A DNA stretch of 64,000 nucleotides from an uncultured Flavobacteriaceae bacterium (GTDB taxonomy: Bacteria; Pseudomonadota; Alphaproteobacteria; Micropepsales; Micropepsaceae), in assembly GCA_964646885.1 (NCBI GenBank), contig CAZYFM010000002.1, positions 10,720 through 74,719 of the forward strand, in the 5' to 3' direction. The position numbers and the translations under genes were made by a program. The stretch's first letter is position 1; each line of letters starts with the position of its first letter. Below the pieces are notes generated by a model, which worked only from the letters and a program-made list of their open reading frames with translations, made no database searches and had not been told where the DNA came from. This document shows positions 1 through 9,206 of the stretch, piece by piece.

Positions 1-1787
1 GCGCCGCGTTGCGCAAGAAGCGACTGACAGAGGCCACGGTCGCCATGGGAAGCGCGATCACCGGGCTTGAACGCTACTACCTGCCCAACTCGCGCGAGCT
101 TGCTGAAGCCTACGCGCTCATGTCAGACATCCTTGTGGCCCGCGAGGACTGGGCTGAAGCCTTTCGCTTCGCCCGCAAGGCATCCTTCATCGCGTCGACA
201 ACGTCACGCCAGTCATTCATGCGATACCACCGCGGCCAGACGCTGTCGCAGGACATGGGCCGGCGGATGCATGAGCAGGCACTGCGTACGGCAATCGAAG
301 CAGCGAAGGAGGTTCAGGATCCCAGACCGGTCATGGCCGCTGCCTTCGAGGAAGCAGACCAGCTGCTCGCGGGTCCCCTGAGCCGCGCGCTGTCGATTGG
401 CATCCTGAAGACCGACCTCCTCGATCCGGCTGCGCGCAACCTGGTCGAAGCGCAGGCAGAGCGCATCAATCGCGCGGCATTGCTCGACAGGCAGTACATC
501 GAGGCCCTTCTGGGAACCGCGCCGCGGGAACGTCTGGCCGAGCTTCGCGCCAGGTCAATGGCCATCCGCAAGGAGATACAGGACACCGACCGCGCGCTGC
601 AGGCATCGGAGGCCTATCGCAGGCATGTCGAGGCAACACCGCCAGGCCTCACCACCATCCAGCAAGTTCTGAAGCCTGGTGAATTGCTCGTGATGATCGT
701 TCCGTCAGGGACTTCGACCACCGTGCTTGCGGCAACCCACGAGAACGTCTCGGCGCATGTCGCAGCCGCTTCCAGATCGGGCCTGGCAACGGAAGTCACC
801 GCTCTCCGGCGCCAGCTCGACCCGGCTCAATGGACATCCAGCTACTCTGCCTTCAGCCGCGCCCGCGCCCACAAGCTCTACGCCATGCTCCTTGGACCAT
901 TGAAGGAGGAATTGCGCCGCAGCAACAGCCTGCTGCTCGTGACCGACGCGCCGCTGTCGAGCCTGCCCTTCGCCACCCTTGTCACAAGACCGGTGCTTCA
1001 GTCAGAGCTTGCGGACAGCTCTCCCGGTCCGCTGAGAGAGACCGCGTGGCTCATCAGGACACATGCAGTGACATCCTGGCCTTCGCTCGCGTCTCTCGTG
1101 GCGATGCGCAACCGCAAGCCACCACAGCGGCAGACTGAGTGGCAGTTGATCGGGATTGGCGCCCCGACCGCGTCGCCCGCGCTGAAACTCAAGCCCTTGC
1201 CGCAAGCAGCTGCCGAGCTCGATGAGTTGAAAAAGCTCGGCTCGGCCCGCATCCTGCGACAGGACACAGCGACGGAAGCCAACCTGAAATCGCTGGACCT
1301 CTCGAAGGCCGATGTGATCGCATTCGTGACCCACGCCATTCCCTTGCCGCTGAAGACAGATGAAGGATCACTGCCGCAGACGGCGCTGGTCCTGTCGGCC
1401 CCCGAACAGGCGAGTGCCCTGGACGACGGCCTGCTCACCCCGACCGAAATAGCCAGGCTCAGGCTGGGACCGGCGTGGGTCGTGCTCTCGGCCTGCAATA
1501 CCGCAGGTGATGGCGCGGCTGCGACCGGCATGCTGGCGCGCTCATTCTTCCAGGCCGGCGCAAGCGCGGTTCTTCACACGCATTGGCCCGTCTTTGACCG
1601 TCATGCCGGTTCAATCGCCATGTCCGCCATCAGGCGCTTTCACGACGCGCCACGCGAAGGACAGGCGCAGGCGCTGCGCAAGGCGATGCTTGAGGGACTG
1701 GCCGACCGGTCTCACCCGCTGAAAGCGCACCCCGCCACCTGGGCCGCATTCAGCCTTGTCGGAGAAATGCCGGCGGCATCCCGGTAA
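1..1787 (+). CDS. TPR-like / CHAT domain protein, probably 5'-truncated by the window edge
   Basis: The frame stays open to the window edge (track start at 9 is TTG, no in-frame stop upstream). The C-terminal half shows the caspase-like CHAT His/Cys context (DVIAFVTHAIP ... VVLSACNTAGDG ... HTHWPV). The N-terminal visible part is helical and TPR-like. Confidence 0.8.
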   Translation, partial: AALRKKRLTEATVAMGSAITGLERYYLPNSRELAEAYALMSDILVAREDWAEAFRFARKASFIASTTSRQSFMRYHRGQTLSQDMGRRMHEQALRTAIEAAKEVQDPRPVMAAAFEEADQLLAGPLSRALSIGILKTDLLDPAARNLVEAQAERINRAALLDRQYIEALLGTAPRERLAELRARSMAIRKEIQDTDRALQASEAYRRHVEATPPGLTTIQQVLKPGELLVMIVPSGTSTTVLAATHENVSAHVAAASRSGLATEVTALRRQLDPAQWTSSYSAFSRARAHKLYAMLLGPLKEELRRSNSLLLVTDAPLSSLPFATLVTRPVLQSELADSSPGPLRETAWLIRTHAVTSWPSLASLVAMRNRKPPQRQTEWQLIGIGAPTASPALKLKPLPQAAAELDELKKLGSARILRQDTATEANLKSLDLSKADVIAFVTHAIPLPLKTDEGSLPQTALVLSAPEQASALDDGLLTPTEIARLRLGPAWVVLSACNTAGDGAAATGMLARSFFQAGASAVLHTHWPVFDRHAGSIAMSAIRRFHDAPREGQAQALRKAMLEGLADRSHPLKAHPATWAAFSLVGEMPAASR

Positions 1788-1825
1788 GGGATTGAAGTCA
1801 TCCTGTCAGCGCCGCGCAACCAGAG

Positions 1826-3262
1826 CTAGGCCGCGACGTCCTGGCTGCATGACGCTGGACGCACCACCACGCGCGACAGCGGCAAAGATGCGGTGACGCG
1901 CGTACCCTCGCCGAGGACGCTTTCGAGCCACAGGTCGCCGCCATGTAACCGCAGCAATCCGCGCGAGATCGGAAGGCCAAGCCCGGTGCCCTGCTCCACA
2001 TTGGCGACGTCATGCCGTCCCTGCCCGAACGACTCGAAGACACGCTGCAGGTCTTCCGGACGGATCCCGCATCCGGTGTCCGTCACCACAAGCTTGATCG
2101 CATCACCCGACGGATCAAGGCTTGCACGAACGGAACCACCGGCCGGCGTGAACTTCACGGCATTGGACATGAGATTCAGCGCAACCTGCCGCAGCGCCGA
2201 GGGATCCGCATCGAGGATGATGCCCCGGGGAACTTCATTGACGAGGAAGACACCTTTCTGCTCCGCTTTCAGGCGGATGATGCGCAGGGCATCATCGACG
2301 GTTTCGTGCAGGTCAATCCTGTCCTCGTGCAGTTCGAACTTTCCCGCTTCGATCTTCGAGAGATCAAGGATGGTGTTGATGAGCGTGAGCAGGTGGGAGC
2401 CGCTCGAATGGATGTCAGCCGCATAGGAGCGATAGTCAGGCCGCCCATTGGGACCAAGAAGTTCATCCTTGATGACCTCCGAAAAACCCAGGATGGCGTT
2501 CATTGGCGTCCTGAGCTCATGGCTCATGTTGGCGAGGAACTCACTCTTGATCTGGTTTGAGTGCTGCAACTCGCGGATCAGGCGGTCCTTGTGGTCGGAG
2601 AGCGTCAGCGCCAGCGTGCTGTAGGCATGCATGGTCGCTACCATGCCGCAGAGGATCATGAGGTAAAAAACTGAAAGCGTCGCGAGCATCAGGTGGATCG
2701 AGTCGCCCTGCAGGACGAACAGCACCAGCGCCACGCCAACATAGTAGACCGCCTGTAGCAGGCTGATCGGCAGCCAGGCTGCCGTCATGCACGCCGCCGT
2801 CGATGACGCAATCAGGATAAGCACCACGCACATCTGGTTGACGGGGTCATGAGGCGCAAAAAAGATGAGACCCTGGCTTCCATAGGCGGCAACAAAGGCG
2901 CCGAGCCGCCACAGCAACGACCGGACAACCTTCGACGCGTCCTGCTTCAGCCCGTCCTCGGACAGGAGCCGCCGCGTCGGCGCCAGTCCGAGCGACCAGA
3001 CGGCAATCGTCGCAAGGGCCCATCCGACGCATACGCGCCAGTCAGACCAGTTCAGGTTCAGCAACGCAACAGCGATGATAAGTACCGGCATGCTCTGCAT
3101 GCCGACCTTGAGATTGGCCAGCGACATGCGAACCCGATGAAGCGTCAGGCGCGCTTCGGCTGGATTGGCAGGCGCCACCTGCGCGCGGAACGACCCGACG
3201 GCAAGCCAGAACGACTTCAGCGGATCGCTGGCTTCAAATGGAGTTTCTGAGTAAGGCGTCAT
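1826..3262 (-). CDS. membrane sensor histidine kinase, no adjacent response regulator
   Basis: H-box [19 protein letters not shown]-box [11 protein letters not shown]-boxes DTGCGI and GTGLGL. Several hydrophobic TM-like segments lie N-terminally. First ATG is at 3262 (track start 3280 is TTG). Confidence 0.9.
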   Translation of the reverse strand: MTPYSETPFEASDPLKSFWLAVGSFRAQVAPANPAEARLTLHRVRMSLANLKVGMQSMPVLIIAVALLNLNWSDWRVCVGWALATIAVWSLGLAPTRRLLSEDGLKQDASKVVRSLLWRLGAFVAAYGSQGLIFFAPHDPVNQMCVVLILIASSTAACMTAAWLPISLLQAVYYVGVALVLFVLQGDSIHLMLATLSVFYLMILCGMVATMHAYSTLALTLSDHKDRLIRELQHSNQIKSEFLANMSHELRTPMNAILGFSEVIKDELLGPNGRPDYRSYAADIHSSGSHLLTLINTILDLSKIEAGKFELHEDRIDLHETVDDALRIIRLKAEQKGVFLVNEVPRGIILDADPSALRQVALNLMSNAVKFTPAGGSVRASLDPSGDAIKLVVTDTGCGIRPEDLQRVFESFGQGRHDVANVEQGTGLGLPISRGLLRLHGGDLWLESVLGEGTRVTASLPLSRVVVRPASCSQDVAA

Positions 3263-3470
3263 CCCGAACCCGCAAGACAAGGTCAGGCATTAGACCAGAC
3301 GCCGCTTGCAGGGTGCTTAGGAGGTATGGTTGCGGAAAGGTAAAGCCCCGCACATTCCGTAGCGATTTTACCTCGCGCTTACCAAGGAAGTGCGCAGGGA
3401 CCGCAACGCCAATAGGGCTGAAAGATCAGCGGACCCGCGAGGCGCCTCGCGCCCCACACCGTCCCCGATA

Positions 3471-3695
3471 CTAGTTCAGCGGCTCGTGCGGCGCACGCTT
3501 CGTGCGGCGCAGTTCCTGGATCGCCTGCCCGATCGACCACCACAGGCTGATCCCGCGAGTGTCACCACGCTTGATCATGGCCTGCTGCTGGCGGGTCGCT
3601 TCGCGCATGGCACGATCACCGTGATTTCGGATCATGAGCCAGGCAGAGCGGATGACATCGGGATCGGGATCGAAGTGTGTGTTCTTTTTGGACAT
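3471..3695 (-). CDS. small hypothetical protein (74 aa)
   Basis: ATG at 3695 (MSKKNTHFDPDPDV...). GC3-rich codon usage resembles neighbouring genes. I recognise no domain and see no clear SD. Confidence 0.45.
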   Translation of the reverse strand: MSKKNTHFDPDPDVIRSAWLMIRNHGDRAMREATRQQQAMIKRGDTRGISLWWSIGQAIQELRRTKRAPHEPLN

Positions 3696-3877
3696 GAGCA
3701 ACGACTTGTCAGTTCGGTGAATCCTTATTGCACCTCCTCAAAGCAAAGAGCCACAGACCGGGGGTGGAAGTTTTTTCATGATTGCGCAACTGACAGGGGA
3801 CAGTTTCGACACGCGGTGGAATGGAGAAATTACTCGACCGCTGCGTGCGTTAATTGTTGCAAAATACAGTCAGGAGT

Positions 3878-5287
3878 TTAGGCGGTGGTGCTGCCTGCAT
3901 CCAGTTGAAGAGCGTAGACCACGGTTTCGCTTTCTCGGCCGCGAAGTTGCCGGGGACCAATGCGCGTCAACTCATCGACAAGTTGCGCATCATGCTTGAG
4001 TTCATCCCGCACGGCGTCCACCAGGGCTTCGCTGGCCACCAGAATTGTGCCGATTTCCTTGGAAAGCGACTGGAGGCGGCTCGCGACGTTTACGGTGTCT
4101 CCCACAACCGTGAAGGTCATCAGTCTTTCGCTTCCCACATCACCTGTCATCACCGGTCCGAAATGCAGGCCGATGCCGATATGCACCGGAAACAACCCCT
4201 GCGCCTCGCGCTCCTCGTTCCAGCGGCGCACGGTCTCGGCCATGTCGTAGGCACAGGCCAATGCATCTCCGGCATCCCCGGTTCCCCTGTCGGGAATGCC
4301 GAACACTGCGAGCAATCCGTCCCCGAGAATTTTGTCGAGCGTCCCGCCGTGGCGAAAGATGACGTCTTCCATGCGTGCATGGAAGTCGCGCAGGAACGCG
4401 ATTGCTTCCTCGGGCTCCATCGTCTCGCAGCGCGTGGTGAAGCCCCTGATATCCGCAAACAGGATCGCAGCCGACTGTCGCCGTACGGCGCCGAAGGGCT
4501 GCTCTCGCGAACTCAGCTCATCCAGCACGCGCGGTGAAAAATGTCGTGCGAGATTTGCCCGGGCCTTTTCTGAAACGGCTGCGGCCTTCACAAGCTCCCG
4601 CGACCGCCACACGGCAACCAAAAGCCCCGCAAGCACCGCGCCAAAGCAGACAAAATCGTAAGTCACCTTGATCAGCGGAAGATAATGAGGGCTGCCATAG
4701 GCATCCCAGCCCTGCGCATTCTCGGGAAGCGCAAACTGCGTCTCCGGCGACAGGGCTGCCGCAACGACTACGGCAGACCATCCAGCTGTAATCCAGGCTC
4801 CTGTCCAGAGAATGTACCGCGGCGAATAGCTGAACGCACTCTGCACAAGGAACGGGATGTAGAAGATGAGTGCCCCCTCCTTCACCGCCACTGTCGGCGG
4901 CGGCAGATCCTCCGACAATGCATGCCGGAACAGGAGAAACCCCGTGAGAAAGATGCAGTCGAAGGCGACGAAGGCGTATTTCGTCCATGAAATCTCGGGC
5001 CATCGGCGCAAGGCCTCGAGCTGCAGCAGCCCGACCAACCCCAGCCCCGCAGCCATTGTGTAGAGGACGCCCGCCCCCGAGCCGGTGAATGACTGCGTGA
5101 CGAGAAACGCAAGTGTCATCGCTGCGAGCGCGGCCGCCCGGACACCGGACGCAAGCATCAGGCCCGAGCGCTCCGTCTCGCGAAACGACTCCGACAGGCG
5201 CCCGGACACCCCTTCGTCCATCGCGCGTGCAACAACGCCTGACAGGATGCGATGCAGGCGCGGTGACAGCGAACTGATGTTGAGCAT
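3878..5287 (-). CDS. membrane-anchored class III adenylate/guanylate cyclase
   Basis: Catalytic domain motifs ILFADIRGFTT, GDGLLAVFG and VVGDTVNVASRLQ. The N-terminal region is multi-TM. ATG at 5287; the track start at 5347 is GTG, so the start is uncertain. Confidence 0.9.
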   Translation of the reverse strand: MLNISSLSPRLHRILSGVVARAMDEGVSGRLSESFRETERSGLMLASGVRAAALAAMTLAFLVTQSFTGSGAGVLYTMAAGLGLVGLLQLEALRRWPEISWTKYAFVAFDCIFLTGFLLFRHALSEDLPPPTVAVKEGALIFYIPFLVQSAFSYSPRYILWTGAWITAGWSAVVVAAALSPETQFALPENAQGWDAYGSPHYLPLIKVTYDFVCFGAVLAGLLVAVWRSRELVKAAAVSEKARANLARHFSPRVLDELSSREQPFGAVRRQSAAILFADIRGFTTRCETMEPEEAIAFLRDFHARMEDVIFRHGGTLDKILGDGLLAVFGIPDRGTGDAGDALACAYDMAETVRRWNEEREAQGLFPVHIGIGLHFGPVMTGDVGSERLMTFTVVGDTVNVASRLQSLSKEIGTILVASEALVDAVRDELKHDAQLVDELTRIGPRQLRGRESETVVYALQLDAGSTTA

Positions 5288-5424
5288 GACGAACCCCGGG
5301 ACTCGAAAGGTCGCGCACAATACACCGATGGCGGGAACCCCACTCACCCGTCACGCGAGCACATCCACAGATCACTCTTTGGAGTAGTTGACCCCCGGCG
5401 CAATCGGTGACCACTATTGGTCAG

Positions 5425-5570
5425 TTACGTTGGTCAAGGGAACCCAGTGACAATCTGGGGCTGCCCCCGCAACTGTAAGCAACGAAGCACCGGCCAAAGA
5501 TGCCACTGATCGCAGGATTGGGAAGGCGGCCACGGTGTAGGGTTGCGAAGCCAGGAGACCTCCCGACGTA
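5425..5570 (+). promoter_or_regulatory. cobalamin (B12) riboswitch aptamer
   Basis: GGTCAAGGGAACCCAGTGACAATCTGGGGCTGCCCCCGCAACTGTAAGC (5432-5480), GCCACTG...ATTGGGAAGGC (5502-5527) and the B12-box-like GAAGCCAGGAGACCTCCCGACG (5547-5568) follow the conserved order and sequence of the E. coli btuB leader class. It sits upstream of a TonB-dependent receptor. Confidence 0.85.
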
Positions 5571-5716
5571 GTCACCCCTCAAGGGCGCGGCGGGCGCTTG
5601 AAGAGACGGCTCCTTCCGGTGCGGTGACGTGTGCAGGGCACCCTCGCGAGAGGGAGCCTCATGTCGCGCGCGCCAACAGGGATAGGCGCGCGCTCGTAAC
5701 GGGTTGGGGGACCTCA

Positions 5717-7624
5717 ATGAGCCTGTTTGGAAAATCACTGCGTCTTGTACTTCTGGCGTCGACGGCGTGCGTCGCATCGCCATCACATGCGGAAACCGTC
5801 GAGAAGATCGTCGTCACGGGCAGTCGCATCGGCCAGTTGCCGGAAGACCGGCTGGGAACGGCCGTCTCCACAATCACGGCTGGACAGATCGAGGAGCGCC
5901 AGACGCTCTATGTATCTGACATCCTGCGTGACGTGCCGGGCGTTGCCGTCAGCCGGACGGGAGGACCAGGTGGCACCACGCAAATCCGCACACGCGGAAG
6001 CGAGGGCAACCACACCATGGTCCTGCTCGACGGCGCTGAAATCAATGATCCTTTCCAGGGCGAGTTCGACTTCGCCGGGCTGCTCGGCAATGACATTGAG
6101 CGCATTGAAATCCTGAGGGGCAGCCAGAGCGCCCTGTACGGCTCAGACGCGATCGGCGGCGTCATCAACATCATCCCCAAGCGGGGCAAGGGTGACCTTT
6201 CCTTCGCGGGCCAGGCAGAAGCGGGCTCCTTTGCGACGCACGCTGCAACTGCATCAGCTTCATTCGGCACCGACGTGTTCGACCTTTATGCGAGCACCGC
6301 CTATCACGTCACGGACGGCACGAACAACTCTCGCGCCGGCGACGAGGAAGACGGTGCGCTTGAACGAACGTGGTTCGTGAACTCCGGCGTGCGCTTCACT
6401 CCCGACATCGAGCTTCGCGCCTTCATCCGCAAAGTGGGCACGCGCGCAGAGGGCGATCCGCAGGATTTTGACTTCTTCTCGCCGACGCAAGGTCTCGCCA
6501 TTGATGGCGATGACGTGACCCGCACGGACTCGCTGTATGGCAATGTCCAGCTCGAGGCCACGGGGTTTGGAGGCGTGCTCGAAACCCGTCTGTCCTACAA
6601 CTTCACCGACGCGAGCCGGTTCAACTATTCGTTCGGTGCTCCTTCCTTCTTCTCCGAAGGACATCGCGACAAGGTCTCTGGTGTTGCCGCCGCCGGCTTC
6701 AGCACCGGCGAGGCCCGTCACAAGATCACGGGCGCCATCGACTGGAAGCAGGAGACCTACCAGAACCTGCCGATCGGCATTCCAACGCCGGTGAACGATA
6801 TCCGCAGGCTCCAGAACATTGGCGCGGTCGCGAGCTACGACGTGGAGTACGGCGACCTCAATGCGGGCATCGCCGTGCGTCATGACGAGAATGAACGCTT
6901 CCAGGACGCGACGACCTGGCGGGCGCAGCTGAGCTACCGCCTCGGAGACACGAGGCTCCGGGCCACCGCGGGAACCGGCATCAAGAACCCGAACAACTTC
7001 GAGCTTTTCGGTTTCGATCCGACGAGTTTCATCGGCAACCCTGACCTGAAGGCGGAACGCTCCGTTGGCTGGGACATCGGCATTGACCAGTACCTGATGG
7101 ACCGCAAGGTGAAACTGACGGCGACCTGGTTCAGGGCAACGCTCGAGGATGAGATCTACACGGACTTCATCCTGCCCGCGTTCATTGCAACGCCCAGGAA
7201 CCGGACCGACGAAAGCGAGCGCCAGGGTCTGGAGCTCACGGCGGATGCAAGCCTTGGTGACTGGAGCATTGCGGCGGCCTACACATTCACTGACGCGGAA
7301 GAAAACGGCCTGGAGGAGATCCGCCGACCACGCCACGCCGGTTCGCTGAACATCGCCTACCAGGTGTCAGACCGTGGGCATCTTGGCCTTGGTGTGCGCT
7401 TCAATGGCGAGCAGCAGGACAACGAGTTTGTCTTCGCGACACCTGAGGACTTCGTCACGCTGGACGCCTTCACGCTCGTGAACGCCTATGCATCGTGGCA
7501 GGTAACCGACAACCTGGAAGCCTTCGGCCGCGTGGAAAACCTTCTCGACGAACAGTACGAAGAAGTATTTTCATTCACTTCACCCGGAATCTCGGCCTAT
7601 GCTGGCCTGAGATTCAGGATGTAG
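5717..7624 (+). CDS. btuB: TonB-dependent outer-membrane receptor, BtuB-like (cobalamin uptake inferred from the riboswitch)
   Basis: ATG at 5717 gives signal peptide MSLFGKSLRLVLLASTACVASPSHA. TonB-box/plug ETVEKIVVTGSRI, NHTMVLLDGAEINDP, ALYGSDAIGGVINII, then a long beta-barrel region. The upstream extension in the track (5543) overlaps the riboswitch and is not coding. Confidence 0.9.
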   Translation: MSLFGKSLRLVLLASTACVASPSHAETVEKIVVTGSRIGQLPEDRLGTAVSTITAGQIEERQTLYVSDILRDVPGVAVSRTGGPGGTTQIRTRGSEGNHTMVLLDGAEINDPFQGEFDFAGLLGNDIERIEILRGSQSALYGSDAIGGVINIIPKRGKGDLSFAGQAEAGSFATHAATASASFGTDVFDLYASTAYHVTDGTNNSRAGDEEDGALERTWFVNSGVRFTPDIELRAFIRKVGTRAEGDPQDFDFFSPTQGLAIDGDDVTRTDSLYGNVQLEATGFGGVLETRLSYNFTDASRFNYSFGAPSFFSEGHRDKVSGVAAAGFSTGEARHKITGAIDWKQETYQNLPIGIPTPVNDIRRLQNIGAVASYDVEYGDLNAGIAVRHDENERFQDATTWRAQLSYRLGDTRLRATAGTGIKNPNNFELFGFDPTSFIGNPDLKAERSVGWDIGIDQYLMDRKVKLTATWFRATLEDEIYTDFILPAFIATPRNRTDESERQGLELTADASLGDWSIAAAYTFTDAEENGLEEIRRPRHAGSLNIAYQVSDRGHLGLGVRFNGEQQDNEFVFATPEDFVTLDAFTLVNAYASWQVTDNLEAFGRVENLLDEQYEEVFSFTSPGISAYAGLRFRM

Positions 7625-7632
7625 CGGAGCAG

Positions 7633-8382
7633 ATGCAGGAAAATCCTCTCAAGACGGCGTGGTCCTCGGGCCGCGCCGTCACGAATGTCTGGGCCACGGT
7701 GCCCTCGTCCTATGCGACCGAGATCCTCGCGCACCAGGGCTGGGATTCGATCACGGTCGACACGCAGCACGGCGTCGTGGGCTACGCCGACATGGTCGCA
7801 ATGCTGACCGCGATCAGCACCACCCGCACTGTCCCGCTCGTCCGCGTCGGCTGGAACGATCCTTCCCAGATCATGCGCGCCGCAGACGCCGGCGCGCTGG
7901 GCGTGATTTGCCCGACGATCAACAACCGCGAGGAGTGTGAAGCCTTCGTCGGCGCACTCCGCTATCCGCCAGCAGGCTATCGCAGCATGGGCCCGAACCG
8001 GGCACGACTACTGTTCTCCGACTACGCCGCCAGGGCGCACGCGCTTGTGCTCGCAATTGCCCAGATCGAGACAGCTTCCGGGCTAGAAAACGTCGAGGCC
8101 ATCGCCAGCACACCCGGACTGGACATGCTTTATGTAGGCCCGTCCGACCTCGGCATCTCACTGGGGCGTGAAGGCCGCATGGACCAGACTGACCCGGTCG
8201 TCGTGAAGGCGATCGACCGTGTGCTGGCCGTTGCAAAGGCCAACCGTCTGCGCACCGGCATCTATTGCGTGTCGCCGGCGTACTCGAAATCGATGTTCAA
8301 CAAGGGCTTCGATCTTGTTACGGTCGCGTCCGATGCTGGCCTTCTCGGATTGGGCGCTGAGTTGCGCAGCCAGTTCGGCTGA
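7633..8382 (+). CDS. HpcH/HpaI family aldolase
   Basis: ATG at 7633 (MQENPLKTAW...). Family-typical blocks are ITVDTQHG, PLVRVGWNDP, RYPPAGYRS, IAQIETASGLENVEAI and YVGPSDLGISLG. Confidence 0.8.
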   Translation: MQENPLKTAWSSGRAVTNVWATVPSSYATEILAHQGWDSITVDTQHGVVGYADMVAMLTAISTTRTVPLVRVGWNDPSQIMRAADAGALGVICPTINNREECEAFVGALRYPPAGYRSMGPNRARLLFSDYAARAHALVLAIAQIETASGLENVEAIASTPGLDMLYVGPSDLGISLGREGRMDQTDPVVVKAIDRVLAVAKANRLRTGIYCVSPAYSKSMFNKGFDLVTVASDAGLLGLGAELRSQFG

Positions 8383-8426
8383 AGTCCGGCCAGTCATTCC
8401 AGACACCAGAACCGAAAGGCCCCCAA

Positions 8427-9200
8427 ATGTCAGAACCCGTGCTCCTTGTTGATGTCAGGGATGAAGTCGCCCTCGTCACGCTGAACCGGCCGCAGGCCAT
8501 GAACGCGCTGTCGCGCGACCTGCGTGCAGCGATTGCGGAGACCTTCGACAGGCTCAACGCCGATCCCGGCGTGCGGGCCGCCATCCTCACCGGCGCAGGC
8601 AAGGCCTTTTGCGCCGGCCTCGACCTGAAGGAACTCGGTCGCGGTTCGGACTCCGTGTCGGCCAGCGTCGAAACGCAGGACCCTGTCACCTCGCTCAACC
8701 GCTTCACCAAGCCCGTCATCGGCGCCATCAACGGCGTCGCCATCACGGGGGGCTTCGAGCTCGCGCTGGCCTGCGACGTGCTCATCTGTTCGCCGGAGGC
8801 ACGCTTCGCCGACACGCATGGCCGCGTGGGCATCCTGCCCGGATGGGGGCTGTCACAGAAACTGTCGCGCACGATCGGCATTTACCGCGCGAAGGAACTC
8901 TCGCTGACCGGAAACTTCCTGGGCGCCGCCCAGGCCCTTGAATGGGGCATGATCAACCGGATCGTTCCCGCCGACGAGCTTGTCCCGGCCTGCCGAAAGC
9001 TCGCAGCTGACATGCTGACGCTCGTCCCGGAATGTCTGCCTGCATACAAGAAGCTGATTGACGACGGATACGCCCAGGCTTTCGGCCCCTCGCTCGAGAC
9101 CGAGAAACGTTTCTCCGCAGCCGCCAACAAGGCCGTCAGCGCCAGCGCCATCGAATCCCGTCGCGAACAGGTTCGCGCCCGCGGCCAGGCCCAGAAGTAA
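8427..9200 (+). CDS. enoyl-CoA hydratase/isomerase (crotonase) family protein
   Basis: AILTGAGKAFCAGLDLKE and AINGVAITGGFELALACD oxyanion-hole blocks. The position of the second catalytic Glu reads ADTHG rather than PE. Confidence 0.85.
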   Translation: MSEPVLLVDVRDEVALVTLNRPQAMNALSRDLRAAIAETFDRLNADPGVRAAILTGAGKAFCAGLDLKELGRGSDSVSASVETQDPVTSLNRFTKPVIGAINGVAITGGFELALACDVLICSPEARFADTHGRVGILPGWGLSQKLSRTIGIYRAKELSLTGNFLGAAQALEWGMINRIVPADELVPACRKLAADMLTLVPECLPAYKKLIDDGYAQAFGPSLETEKRFSAAANKAVSASAIESRREQVRARGQAQK

Positions 9201-9206
9201 CAGCAC

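Noticed and set aside
5543-5716. N-terminal extension of the TonB-dependent receptor ORF (track start 5543).
   Set aside because: The extension overlaps the B12 box and expression platform, translates to an Arg/Pro/Ala-rich string, and precedes a perfect signal peptide starting at the ATG at 5717.
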